From NCBI RefSeq assembly GCF_001194135.2, contig NC_069004.1, positions 10,519,906 to 10,583,783 on the forward strand: DNA of 63,878 bases, given 5' to 3'. Below the pieces are notes generated by a model. The model had not been told where the DNA came from, ran no database searches, and saw only the letters and a program-made list of their open reading frames with translations. Each line of letters opens with the position of its first letter. Positions within the stretch are counted from its first letter, which is position 1. Below, piece by piece: positions 23,906 through 37,002 of the stretch. This DNA is from Octopus bimaculoides. Lineage: Eukaryota. A program made the position numbers and the translations under genes.

Positions 23906-26548
23906 GTTTGTTTATTATTTAAATCATGGAAACGTTTATTTATAAACGACAGAGTTTCAACGTCGTATTTATTTATTTCTTTCTAACACGTGTTATATAT
24001 ATATATGTATCGTAACTTGTCAACGCTTATGTATCAACAGTTGTATGTTCGAGTCAGCTACATATCTGTGAATCTTGTTGATGTGGAGCTCTGTCTAAAT
24101 AAAAAAAATAATTGTCAAACTTGCAATTAGGAACCACTGACATTATTGAATGTTGTCCTTTTTTTTTCTTCTTTATCTTGTATTTTCAAGGTTGAAGGGA
24201 GAGATTTTTAATGAAAGGATTTAGCTGTTAATTCTAGTAGGTACGTCGAGCGATATACAGTGGATAGGCAGGCCTGTAACATTTCTAAACATCAATAAGC
24301 CAGTGTGGTAGTTTGACTTATCAGAAATAATAAATATTGCAACTCGTTCCTAAAATTCCTACCACTATTAGGCATACTCTTTTACTTGTTCCAGTCATTT
24401 GACTGCGGCCATGCTGGAGCACCACCTTTAGCCGAGCAAATCGACCCCAGGACTTATTCTTTGTAAGCCTAGTACTTATTCTATCGGTCTGTTTTGCCGA
24501 ACCGCTAAGTTACGGGGACNNNNNNNNNNNNNNNNNNNNNNNNNNNNNNNNNNNNNNNNNNNNNNNNNNNNNNNNNNNNNNNNNNNNNNNNNNNNNNNNN
24601 NNNNNNNNNNNNNNNNNNNNNNNNNNNNNNNNNNNNNNGGGGGACAAACACAGACACACAAACATATATATATATATATATGTATGTCTCATAACCATCT
24701 CCACTTCGGGGTATTCCTTTCTCCTCATCTCATTACCCTTGTTGTATCCAGAACCCCACCTACCCCTGACCTGACCCTGTATTGACTACTACACCAAGTC
24801 CTTCCTCCATAAAACATCATTCCTCTGGCATTCCCCCTCTGTTAAAAAAAAAAACCCTGAAGATTCAATTGCAATAATGAATATGAGAAAACTTGCAAGT
24901 AATCATCATCATCCTCGTCGTTTAACGTCTGCTTTCCATGCTAGCATGGGTTGGACGATTTGACTGAGGACTGGCGAACCAGATGGCAACTCCAGGCTCC
25001 AATCTGATTTGGCAGAGTTTCTATAGCTGGATGCCCTTCCTAACGCCAACCACTCCGAGAGTGTAGTAATATGATACACAAAGGCATCCTGCATGTGGTG
25101 GTCACTGCATGCATTGTGGTGCTCATCTTGCACATGTCATTTAGCACACTTCATGCCTATGCTCATCTCATGTATGTTGTGGTGAGTAAACATCTCCCTG
25201 TTGGTAATAGAGAATGTAAGCTGCATTCTACAACACATCTATAAATTAATCACTTGAAGGTCTGGCTGAGTGGTCGGAGCATAGAAATATGATCTGATGG
25301 AAGAGCTAGCACTCATTGTCCTCCATGCACCTCCAAGACAGGGAAATTGATGTTCCTCTTGAACTTTTGTAAGACAAAATTTGGGTGCGGGGGACAGAAT
25401 TCCAGAAGGGCTGCATACATAGTGATTTGTGTGGGAGGAGTTTTGTTGACTCATTTGGAAAGCAAACATGATGGCTTTAAAGGCAGCAATGATAATACTA
25501 ATGGAGCCATCATGGATAAGGAGTAGCTGGTAGGAAGATTTTGCAAGGTTAGGACAAACCTTTTTGACTGTCACTATAATAGTTTCTGCTCCTCAGAGCT
25601 GGCTGGCTGGCTGGCTGGCTGGTCTCATACCATCTCCACTTTCGCATTCTTCTCTCCTCATCCCATTACAATAAGGGTGATGAGATGGGGAAACATGAAT
25701 ATTTATGGAGATATTTGGCATTAGGAAGGGCATCCCGCCATAGAAACTATGCCAAATCAGTCTGGAGTTGGCTGCAGCTGGCCAGCCCTGGTCAAACTAT
25801 CCAACCCATGCCAGCATGGACGATGGACTTTAAATGATGATGACGGGGTCTACACAGCTCTGAGGAGAGGCAGAGAGAGGAAGCAGTTTGTGTGGACTAG
25901 TGAGTGGAACACATCTGGAAGTGACTTCACCAATCATTTGGATGACCCTTGATGTAGTCTGTGGTGTCTGTGAGTGTAACAGCATCCTGTCCTAGTTGTG
26001 AGAGCAATACTCCATTGTAAGCCTCACCCGGTCCCTTGTAGAGAAGTATCAATAATTGTTTAGGGATGAAGTATCTTGTGTCCCTTAAGAGAGGATCCAA
26101 TCAGTGGGATGTGGTTTTAGCTATGTTAATAAAACAATGCACTTAAGGTAGCAAGCTGGCAGATTCGTTAGTATGCCAGGGAAAATCCTTAGCATCTTGT
26201 CTATCCTTATGTTCTGAGTTCAAATTCCACCAAGGTCAACTTTGCCTTTCGTCCTTTCAGGGTCAATAAAATAAGTACCAGTTGAGCACTGGGGGTCAAC
26301 ATAATTGACTAGCTCTCACCCTCGAAATTGCTGGTCTTGTGCCAAAATTTGAAACCGATATACAATACACTAATTGTAATAGAATATGAATCTCTAATTT
26401 CATTGCTGAAATTGTTGACTGTCATTCTATCATTTTAAAAATCTCCCACACTTTCTCTAAAACTCTAGAAAACATCTCATTATTGTTTAACTTCACTTGA
26501 AAAAAAACTTTATAGTTTGTAAGAGCCACTATCTTTGTCTCCTTTTAG

Positions 26549-26792
26549 GAATTCCCTTTGGAATCATTTGAAGTTGAACCTGTATCTAAAGCTGAAAAAC
26601 GTAGACGGTCACCAATCCCTGTTGATTGTGAACAAAATAAGAAACTTCGTACTTTTACTGGAGACAGTGAACCCATGCCAGATGTTACCATACCTACCTC
26701 ACCAGAACCTTCTACATATGTGTCGGGCTCAAACAAATATCCAACAAAAGGGGCTACATTAGCTAACTCCTTGTCACAATCGCTCCAGCAAG
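26549..26792 (+). CDS. HROB: HROB exon 2 (EFPLESFEVEPVSKAEKRRRSP...SLQQ)
   Basis: Acceptor tctccttttag|, donor aag|gtcaga, open frame, phase 0 to phase 1. Confidence 0.75.
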
Positions 26793-27184
26793 GTCAGATA
26801 CCGGTTTCTCTCTCTCACCCCTTTCTTTTTAGTTTTTGAGAAATTGATGATGATAATCTTCTTTTAACTTTTATTTTTGTATCTTTTACTTGTTTCAGTC
26901 ATTTGAATGGCCATGCTGGGGCACCACCTTGAAGGATTTAGTTGAACAAATTGACCCCAGTACTTATTTTAAAGTCTGGTTCTTATTCTATCAGTCTGTC
27001 TTACTAAACCATTTGGTTAATGGGGTATAAGCAAACCAACATAGGTTGTCGAGCATTGTGGGGTTGGGCAACACTCACACATTAATGCCCTGAATCACTT
27101 ATACATGTGTTGTTGGCATATGTACATGTGCTTTATATCTGAAGATAAAGTTTAATAGTAACATCACCATTTCTCTTCTTGTAG

Positions 27185-27330
27185 CAAATTACTCAACTCT
27201 GGGGAATTGTTCAAAGGAAAAAAACCCAAAATGTTCAACTGCAAAACTGCAGACAGACGTGACTGCTGAAGTAAATTGCAAACGGACAAAGCGTATTTTT
27301 CCAGGCCCTGCAGGAATTCTTCCAAAGCTT
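27185..27330 (+). CDS. HROB: HROB exon 3 (…CKRTKRIFPGPAGILPKL)
   Basis: Acceptor ttctcttcttgtag|, donor |gtaagt, phase 1 to phase 0. Carries the conserved HROB FPGPAGILP motif. Missed by the ORF track. Confidence 0.9.
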
Positions 27331-27725
27331 GTAAGTAGAATAACAACTTCTCACTTTGGTACATGAGGACTAATTTTGTAAGGGAAGGTGTGTAGTTGAC
27401 AGAATATTTTTGAGATGGGCTCCTAGCTGGCTGTGTGCTTAAGAAGTTTGCTTCCCAACTACACGGTTTTGGGTTCAGTCCCATGGCGTAGCAACTTGGG
27501 CAAGTGTCTTCTACCATAATCCCAGGCCGACTAAAGCCTTATGAGTGGAGTGCTCAGCCACTTGCACGTTAATTTCACGAGCAGGCTGCTCCGTTGATCG
27601 GATCAACTGGAACCCTCGACGTCGTAAGCGACGGAGTGCCAACAACAACAACTACTACTACTGCTACTACTACTATCTAAATCTGAACGTCTATCTGATG
27701 TTTGTTTCCTTCTCCACACATTTAG

Positions 27726-27794
27726 GCATCAAGCGATCAACTTGAAGATGTTGTCTTGAAATTGGATACGGCTGCTGTTAATGAAAAAGAAAAG
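27726..27794 (+). CDS. HROB: HROB exon 4 (ASSDQLEDVVLKLDTAAVNEKEK)
   Basis: tttag| acceptor, aag|gtaaga donor, phase 0 to phase 0. Confidence 0.8.
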
Positions 27795-28296
27795 GTAAGA
27801 GAAATATTTTCTTTGACATCTGAAACTTTCTCACGTTGTTGTTGTTGTTGTGACAGAAGTGTAGTGGTATTCCGCTCTAACCCATTATTGAATCCAAAGG
27901 ATGGTTTTTTTCCAACTGGTAAAGGGCTGTGTGCACCTGGGAACATTCCAGGTGTTAAGTACCCAGCTTCATTTTGAACACTTTGTTTTTTGCCATGATA
28001 ATAGTCTCTCTCTCTCTCTCCCTCCCTCTCTTCCCCCTCTCCCCCTCTCTCTCCATCTTTCTCTCCCTCTCTCTCTCTTGCTGTCTTTCTAATTCTTGTG
28101 TCTAGGAAAAGCCACATGGAAGCAACACATGTAGCCCTCAACGGATTTGATAGTTCTTCAATATTCTCATTTCTCTCTCTCTCTCTCCTTTTCATCCTGG
28201 CTCTCACCCAAATACTCATACTTTTATTTCCATTTACTTACACCATCTCTTACCCCCTACCAATCTCTCTCTCTCTCTTTGTCTTTCTCCCTCCAG

Positions 28297-28434
28297 CAGC
28301 CTGTGACCGTAATGACCCCCAGCCAAACCCACGAAGCCTTTAATGAAAGTCCTTGGAAAAAACTGATGTCAGATCTTGGAGACGAAGCTTCTGACATTCT
28401 AAAGAAGTTCTCCATAAAAGAAATTCATCGCAAG
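28297..28434 (+). CDS. HROB: HROB exon 5 (QPVTVMTPSQTHEAFNESPWKKLMSDLG...KEIHRK)
   Basis: Pyrimidine tract plus CAGCAG (NAGNAG) acceptor, aag|gtaaga donor. The FxxxPW motif precedes the OB fold. Confidence 0.88.
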
Positions 28435-29149
28435 GTAAGATAGCATTTTAGCTAACTTCTCTCTTTTTTGTGACCATCTTAACATCCGCCATATCATCAT
28501 CATCATCAACATCATTATCATCACTACCATGACCACCATCATGCATTTGCAGTGATTTGGGGTTATTGTGAGTTGATGGTTTGAATCTAGTTTTGATAAA
28601 CAGGCACTGGTACAGCTGTGTGATAAGATGTTTGCTTCCCAACCACATGGTTCCAGGTTCAGTCCCACTGCGTGGCATCTTGGGTAAGTGTCTTCTACTA
28701 TAGCCTCAGGCCAGTCAAAGCCTTGTGAGTGGATTTGGTAGGCGGAAACTGAAGATTGTCTATAATCGGATGCCCTTTCTAACGCCAACCACTCCGAGAG
28801 TGTAGTGGGTGCTTTTACATGCCACCGGCACGAAGGCCAGTCAGGCGGTACTGGCAACAGCCATGCCCAAAATGGTGTATTTTATGTGCCACCTGCACAG
28901 GAGCCAGTCCGGCGGCACTGGTAACGACCTCGCCTGACACCTATAGAACATAATCATTATCGTCGACATTTAACATCCGTTTTCCATGCTGGCATGGGTT
29001 GGATGGCTTGACAGGAACTGACAAGACCAGGGCCCACACCAGGTAACACAGTCTGTTTTGGCTTGGTTTCTATAGCTGGATGCCTTTCCTAATGCTGACC
29101 ACTTTACAAAGTATACTGAGTGATTCTTACACATGGCTCCTTGTTTTTA

Positions 29150-29310
29150 AGATCTCAGTCCTGTTGTGGTGGGCGGGTCCTCTCAATTACAGCATTGTGT
29201 CACATTTTGGTCCTCTGTCATCTCCTTTATAAGGCTCAGTGTTTTGAGATCGGCCTTCAATACTTCCCATATCTTCCTGGGTCCCCATCTTCCACAACTT
29301 CCCTCTGACG
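29150..29310 (-). mobile_element. RTE-clade LINE 3' coding relic
   Basis: The minus frame reads GSCGRWGPRKIWEVLKADLKTL, the GRPRKTW-type motif. More degenerate RTE-like relics at about 34440-34680(-), 25880-26120(-) and 20850-21120(+). Confidence 0.55.
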
Positions 29311-29858
29311 ATAATGATGATGATGATAAGTTTTTCCACTAGTTGACTATTTGTACTCACTAATTGCTACTGTTAGTTCCCTTGTAACCCGCTGTTTGTG
29401 GAGGCACAATGGCCCAGTGGTTAGGGCAGCGGACTCGCAGTTTTGATTCCCAGACTCGGCGTTGTGAGTGTTTATTGAGCGAAAACACCTAAAGCTCCAC
29501 GAAGCTCCGGCAGGGGATGGTGACGAACCCTGCTGTACTCTTCCACCACAACTTTCTCTCACTCTTTCTTCCTGTTTCTGTTGTGCCTGTAATTCAAAGG
29601 GTCAGCCTTGTCACACTGTGTCACGCTGAATATCCCCGAGAACTACGTTAAGGGTACACGTGTCTGTGGAGTGCTCAGCCACTTGCACGTTAATTTCACG
29701 AGCAGGCTGTTCCGTTGATCGGATCAACTGGAACCCTCATCGTCGTAAGCGACGGAGTGCCAACAAACAACAACCCGCTGTTTACTGATTCTATGTTTGT
29801 TGTTATTCCTTCTGTTTTCCCCATTTGATCTCAATTTATTTTCTGTCTTGGAATCCAG

Positions 29859-29967
29859 GCAAGTAAAAAGTTGCTGTGTCAGGGGAAAGTGTTGTTGCTC
29901 TTCTCCATTCTGGATGCAATTGACTTTACCAATCTTGATGCCAGTGTTCATCTTCGAGATAAGACAG
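29859..29967 (+). CDS. HROB: HROB exon 6, OB-fold start (ASKKLLCQGKVLLLFSILDAIDFTNLDASVHLRDKT)
   Basis: ccag| acceptor, g|gtaaga donor, phase 0 to phase 1. Contains the DASVxLxDxTG motif. Confidence 0.9.
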
Positions 29968-30983
29968 GTAAGAATATCCATAAGACACTTCCTCTTTGTA
30001 TTCAAGAAATACACACACACACACACAGTATTTATCCATTTATTACATGCTGTCGTGAGCAAAAGTCTGATAAGATATTTGAACTAAAGCCACTGGTTCG
30101 TTGCGTGTGTGATAGTCCCACCCATGCTAGTGTGGAAGGCAGACGTTAAACGATGATGATGATGTGTGTGGCACAAGTGTTGTATAAGCTTTTGATCTTA
30201 AATCCAATGCCGTATTGCTGTCTCGCTATCATTTCTGAATGTGAGATGGCTGTCAGCTGGCTAAATGAGACACTTATGAAATACATGCATATATGTTTGT
30301 GTATGTATGTGTGTGTGTGTGTATATATATAATTGTTTTGAGAAAGAATATGATTAATCAGAAATTCTCTCACAAGGTTAAGGTTTTTACTTAGAAGTAC
30401 ACAAGAGGAACTTGAGACAAAAGAATAAAAATATGTAATGAAGAAACGTAAGACCAGGTAATTTAATCCATAAGCATGACTCTGATTTCAGATGTATTTA
30501 AAAAACAACATATATATATAGGTATGACTGTGTGGCTTAGAAATGTACTTCCCAACCACATAATTTAGGGTTCAGTCCTTCTGTGTGTCACCTTGAACAA
30601 GTGTCTTCTTTTATAGCCCTGTTCCAACCAAATCATAAATTGATTTGGTAGACAGAAACTGAAAGAAACACATCCTCTATATATATATTTGTGCCTTCTT
30701 TCCTTTCCTAGACATCGGACAATAGTTGTTAACAAGTCTCAATATCATTCATTTTCCAATATTCCTCATAAACATCTTTGGCCTTAAGGAAATATTACCT
30801 TGCTTGGAAGTAGGTGAGGTTTGGCAATGGGAAGAGCACCTGGCTGCAGAAAATCTTTCAATAAATTCCATTTGACCCATGCAAGCATGGAAAAACAGAT
30901 GTTAAAATGATAGTGTGTGTGTGTGATTGTGCATGTGTACTTTGCAACTTTCTGTTTTCTATTTATATTCATATATTTTTTAG

Positions 30984-31779
30984 GTACCATACAAGGAACT
31001 GTTCACAGAAACTTGGTTAAAGAATACAGAGATTATCTTCAACCTGGGACTGTGTTGGTGCTAAAAAATGTTGGTGTGATTAGTCCAACACCAAGAACAC
31101 ACTACTTGAACATTACTACCAACAATCTTGTATCAATATGCAGTGTCTTAACTTCTGGGGAAGTTAACATTCATTGGCAGGAGAATAGCACAAGCTATGC
31201 TAAACTTGTTGCTAATGCCCAGCTTGTACAGAACATGAAGACTTCTCAAACAAGTGGTTCTCCTCTACCAAAAGGATCTGTGATAAACAGCCCCAAACTT
31301 CCATCCTCTCTAAACCCTCTCAATGGGAGTCCATCACATTTGCCTTTCCCTTCACATTCCCGTGTCTCGACCCCGAATGCTTTAGTTACCAGTACACCAA
31401 TAAACCTCCAAAGTACAATCTGTGATACATCATCAACACCATATCGTGTTGCTAACTTTCAAAGAAATGCAAGTTCAACACAAAATGCTGAGAAAGTTAG
31501 ACCAAACTTGGCAGCAGCGGCAGCAACACCTGTGACTGCTGCTTCGTCTCAAAGTAGTAGTGCTGACAAGAAGGAGCTGCTCTCACAGTCTTCAAACTCA
31601 CGTTGGCGTTTCAAATCTACAAAGACACTCCCGAAAGTGCTGCCGGAACCGGTTCTTAAAAACCCTTCTGGAAATACTAGAAATAATCCTTTGTTGGATT
31701 CTGCATTGAGTCAGCTCCGGAACTCTTCTTTCGGGAAACTTCCCGGTCCCATGTCATGTGACAAAAACTCAGACTGCAC
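30984..31779 (+). CDS. HROB: HROB exon 7, OB fold (DUF4539; GTIQGTVHRNLV...PGTVLVLKNVGVISPTPRTHYLNIT) plus Ser/Pro-rich tail; 3' end lost in gap
   Basis: tttttag| acceptor in phase 1 and a long open frame running into Ns at 31780. Strong resemblance to the C17orf53/MCM8IP OB fold. Confidence 0.92.
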
Positions 31780-33391
31780 NNNNNNNNNNNNNNNNNNNNN
31801 NNNNNNNNNNNNNNNNNNNNNNNNNNNNNNNNNNNNNNNNNNNNNNNNNNNNNNNNNNNNNNNNNNNNNNNNNNNNNNNNNNNNNNNNNNNNNNNNNNNN
31901 NNNNNNNNNNNNNNNNNNNNNNNNNNNNNNNNNNNNNNNNNNNNNNNNNNNNNNNNNNNNNNNNNNNNNNNNNNNNNNNNNNNNNNNNNNNNNNNNNNNN
32001 NNNNNNNNNNNNNNNNNNNNNNNNNNNNNNNNNNNNNNNNNNNNNNNNNNNNNNNNNNNNNNNNNNNNNNNNNNNNNNNNNNNNNNNNNNNNNNNNNNNN
32101 NNNNNNNNNNNAAACACCTAAAAGCTCCACGAGGCTCCTGCAGGGGATGGTGGCGAACCCTGCTGTACTCTTCCACCACAACTTTCTCTCACTCTTACTT
32201 CCTGTTTCTGTTGTGCCTGTAATTCAAAGGGGTCAGCCTTGTCACAGTGTCACGTTGAATATCCCCGAGAACTACGTTAAGGGTACACGTGTCTGTGGAG
32301 TGCTCAGCCACTTGCACGTTAATTTCACGAGCAGGCTGTTCCGCTGATCGGATCAACTGGAACCCTCGACGTCCTAAGTGATGGAGTGCCAACAACAAGA
32401 TAATATGAGACTTGAGTACCAGCCAAAGGGTCAGAGGTTCATATCATCCCCATTGCATTGCATTAGTTGTTAAACCATTTAACCCTTTCGATGTCCACTT
32501 GCTTGAGAACACCCCAGTTTCTGTGACATAAACTTATTGTTTTTAAATGGTCTAAATTATAATCTTCCATCAAAATTTTACGCTAAATTGTTCCAGACCC
32601 CAACTTGATAATGAGGAGGTTATAATACTAAATATTTCATTATTTTAAAAATTAATTGCGACAGAGGCAACATATGATGACAGAAATATGGTAATAAAAA
32701 GCTTAAATTTTTATTAGTGCCGGTTAAGTTTTTATTAGTCTACTAAGCCGTTGCCAGTACCGCCTGACTGTCTCCCGTAGGATTTTCGAGCGAGATCGTT
32801 GCCCTGGACTGGCTTGTGCGGGTGGCACATAAAAGACACCATTTCGAGCGTGGCCGTTTTCGTGCGGGTGACACGTAAAAGCACCCACTACACTCTCTGA
32901 GTGGTTGGCGTTAGGAAGGGCATCCAACTGTAGAAACTCTGCCAAATTAGATTGGAGCCTGGTGTTGCCATCCGGTTTCACCAGTCCTCAGTCAAATCGT
33001 CCAACCCATGCTAGCATGGAAAGCGGACGTTAAACGATGATGATGATGATGATGATAAGCTGTTAGCCCAGTTTTGCAGTCAATAAGTTTGTTTTGCAAC
33101 TATGTGGTTTTGAGTTTGGTTCTACAGTGCACTTGGGCAAGTGTCTCGTACCTTGATTCTTGTAAGTAGAATTTGGTAAATGTACACTGTCACTGTTTGC
33201 CCACTGTGACAGTCTGTCTACATTACTTTCTATCAAATGTCCCCAACCAAGAAACTGTCCACTTACATCTCATGTGAATGAATTACTTCTCCCTTATGTG
33301 AGTTAGTACTAACAGTATGTTTGTGTGATTTTTGTTTTAAAGTTGTTTTTGTATTTTTGCTAATTTTTTTTTTTCTTTTTTTTCTTTTTAG

Positions 33392-33438
33392 ATCTTAGTG
33401 ATGATATTCTGTCACAAATATCAGAAGACATATTCTGA
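33392..33438 (+). CDS. HROB: HROB last exon (DLSDDILSQISEDIF*)
   Basis: Long T tract plus ag| acceptor, acidic/hydrophobic C-terminus like vertebrate HROB, TGA at 33436-33438 and AATAAA at 33475-33480. Confidence 0.85.
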
Positions 33439-33689
33439 AGACTCATTCTTTTCTGAGACAAAATACACATTTATAATAAATGAAATCTTTCAATGAAAGA
33501 ACAAAAAATATATAATTACATATATATAATAGTTTTTAATTTTGTTGTTATTGTTGTGGCTTAGCAGAATGGTTGGAACATTGGACTAAATGCTTTGCAG
33601 TATTTCTTTCTGTTCTCTACATTCTCTGGTCATTACGTGGTGAGAGCGCTAAGCTGTGATAAGTATTAATGCAATGTTATTACCAGTTC

Positions 33690-33984
33690 GAATATGCTAA
33701 AAGCATGTTTGGACTTGTAAACAGGCCATTCACTGTATTTTGTCATGGAGAAAATTTCTCGCTGTAGACATATGGTGTAAATACACCCAAACCGGCTTGC
33801 AGTGCCACCTATCTAGACAGTGAGATGCAAGCATTTTGGAGTAGTCATCTCTTCTTCAGTCACAGAAACCAGACAGTGGCACTGCAAGCTGATTTAGGTG
33901 AATTTTCACCATTTGTCTACAGTGAGGAATTTTCTCCACAGTGAATGGCTTGTTTACGAATCCGAATGTGCTTTTAGCATATTC
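33690..33984. mobile_element. Fold-back/MITE-like element (arms 33690-33808 / 33876-33984) nested in a family C SINE
   Basis: gaatatgctaaaagca...ttgcagtgccac pairs with gtggcactgcaag...tgcttttagcatattc. The SINE halves rejoin across about 33626-33985 with an attct(c) direct repeat. Confidence 0.75.
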
Positions 33985-35366
33985 TCAGTTCAATTCCTGC
34001 TGAGGTCAACCTTGCATTTCAGCCCTCCAGGGTTGATAAAATAAGGTACCGGTCAAGCACTTTTAGTCTGTGATATCAACTAACTTTCTCTCTCTCCCCC
34101 TCAAAACTGTTAGCCTTTTGCCTAAATTGGAAATTATTATCATCCATGTTTCGGATTTGGTTATAAGCCTACAGGTTTGGCAAGTGACTTAATCTAAGAA
34201 ATTGTAACAAATCATGACTGTGTGCTAAGAAGTTTGCTTCCCACCCACATGATTCCAGGTCAACGTTATCAACTAGCCCTAGCCCCCTCCCCCAAACTTT
34301 CGGACCTTATGCCTATAGGAGAAAGGATTCTTATATTCTGAGATATTTGTTTCATTTCTGAAGAAGTGCAGAAGAAGTGGAGGCATTCATTGTATTATTT
34401 TAAAATTTATATTGTTTTGTCTAGAATATAGACACTTCTTGGTACCCTAACTCTTTGCTATTCTCCAGACTCAATTGGGCTCCATTCCAATGACTTTTGG
34501 TATTGCTTTCAGTTGGTCCTCTTATCTTCAAAGAGGACAACTCCATGGTCTTCTTCCTGAAGTGAGCTCACTGAATAAGACTTAAGACTTAGTGTGGGAA
34601 CCATAACTCTTCCATTTTTGCTACATGTCCTCACCATCAAAGATTGTGTTTCATGATCGGTGATTCAATGCATTGACTGTTAGCTTTTTTTTTTCAGGAT
34701 TTCGTTGTTGTTACAGTAATAATGGAGCAAAGATCTCATTCAATATATCTATAACTTGGAGACAAGTGAGGATTAGCAACAGGAAAGGCTGTTTGTCTCA
34801 TGTAAGCATGGAAAAGTTAAAATGATGATAATGATGATGATGATAAAAATAGTTTAATTATGTGATGAAATACCTCAATTTAGAGAATAATTAAATATTA
34901 AAAATTTTTTTCAAGTGAAGCCTAGACTCTTGATCATGCGAACTGTCTGTTATGTAACCTACAGGTTATCTACTGTGACCTGCTCTACACAGGCAATGCA
35001 TGTCATCTAGCACAATTAACATATCAATGCCATGATTATTTCATGTGGTTATTGAAGGATAATTAAAACTTTTTCAATATACTGTATGTCATTTTTCTTT
35101 CTTTCTTTCTGCAACCTTAGGGGTGGACGCAAGATCTCTTACTATTAAATAAATACACACACACACACATGCAGCTACTTACTTTATTTATCTAACACTG
35201 TATATCCACATGTGTGAATATATATATATATATATATATACATATATATAATAATATTAGGGACAAAATCCAAAATTACAGGTAAAAAACTCAATTAAAA
35301 TCAATTTATAAAAAATTAAAATTAAATTGAGCCTTATAGATAAAGTATATATAAAATATATAGTTT

Positions 35367-35575
35367 TAGGGAAAATAACCAATTTTCAAGAACTCGTCGA
35401 TGAAAATCCACTATCACATATAGAAAAATTAATAATTAAAAGCACAATAAATGAGTATAATATAAAGTAAAGTAAATATCATAAGATAAATATATTGTGC
35501 TTTTAATTATTAATTTTTCTATATGTGATAGTGGATTTTCATCGATGAGTTCTTGAAAATTGGTTATTTTCCCTA
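35367..35575. repeat. Near-perfect palindrome, 83-bp arms with 1 mismatch, 43-nt spacer, running into a gap
   Basis: 35367-35449 versus 35493-35575. An internally deleted relative lies at about 37985-38185. Confidence 0.9.
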
Positions 35576-37002
35576 NNNNNNNNNNNNNNNNNNNNNNNNN
35601 NNNNNNNNNNNNNNNNNNNNNNNNNNNNNNNNNNNNNNNNNNNNNNNNNNNNNNNNNNNNNNNNNNNNNNNNNNNNNNNNNNNNNNNNNNNNNNNNNNNN
35701 NNNNNNNNNNNNNNNNNNNNNNNNNNNNNNNNNNNNNNNNNNNNNNNNNNNNNNNNNNNNNNNNNNNNNNNNNNNNNNNNNNNNNNNNNNNNNNNNNNNN
35801 NNNNNNNNNNNNNNNNNNNNNNNNNNNNNNNNNNNNNNNNNNNNNNNNNNNNNNNNNNNNNNNNNNNNNNNNNNNNNNNNNNNNNNNNNNNNNNNNNNNN
35901 NNNNNNNNNNNNNNNNNNNNNNNNNNNNNNNNNNNNNNNNNNNNNNNNNNNNNNNNNNNNNNNNNNNNNNNNNNNNNNNNNNNNNNNNNNNNNNNNNNNN
36001 NNNNNNNNNNNNNNNNNNNNNNNNNNNNNNNNNNNNNNNNNNNNNNNNNNNNNNNNNNNNNNNNNNNNNNNNNNNNNNNNNNNNNNNNNNNNNNNNNNNN
36101 NNNNNNNNNNNNNNNNNNNNNNNNNNNNNNNNNNNNNNNNNNNNNNNNNNNNNNNNNNNNNNNNNNNNNNNNNNNNNNNNNNNNNNNNNNNNNNNNNNNN
36201 NNNNNNNNNNNNNNNNNNNNNNNNNNNNNNNNNNNNNNNNNNNNNNNNNNNNNNNNNNNNNNNNNNNNNNNNNNNNNNNNNNNNNNNNNNNNNNNNNNNN
36301 NNNNNNNNNNNNNNNNNNNNNNNNNNNNNNNNNNNNNNNNNNNNNNNNNNNNNNNNNNNNNNNNNNNNNNNNNNNNNNNNNNNNNNNNNNNNNNNNNNNN
36401 NNNNNNNNNNNNNNNNNNNNNNNNNNNNNNNNNNNNNNNNNNNNNNNNNNNNNNNNNNNNNNNNNNNNNNNNNNNNNNNNNNNNNNNNNNNNNNNNNNNN
36501 NNNNNNNNNCCTGGACTGGCTCTTGTGCGGGTGGCACATAAAATACACCATTTTGAGCGTGGCCGTTGCCAGTACTGCCTGACTGGCCTCTGTGTGGGTG
36601 ACACGTAAAAGCACTCACTACACTCTCTGAGTGGTTGGCACTAGGAAGGGCATCCAGCCGTAGAAACTCTGCCAAATCAGATTGGAGCCTGGTGCAGCCA
36701 TCTGGTTCGCCAGTCCTCAGTCAAATCGTCCAACCCATGCTAGCATGGAAAGCAGACGTTAAACAATGATGATGATGATGATGATGAATGCTTGTATGTT
36801 CCAAAAATGTTTTCCTAAATAAAGTGCATTTCATATTCAAAGCTCCAATGAAGATATAGGCTGTTACCCAGTGACTCAACTATGAATCCACCACATCTTA
36901 TAGCAGAAACGGCTGTAAGCTAATGAAGTTCATTACATAGCCTTTGTTTTTCTGGTGTCATTACTTTGTTTTTATTTACCACTTTGTACTCATCTAACCA
37001 TG

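Noticed and set aside
24191-24240. AG/GT-bounded segment in HROB intron 1
   Set aside because: In-frame stop and a 50-nt length; it cannot be a coding exon in this model, though use as a poison or UTR exon is not excluded.
31780-32347. C-terminal part of the 476-aa ORF 30917-32347
   Set aside because: After the gap the frame runs through a family A SINE; it is not HROB coding sequence.
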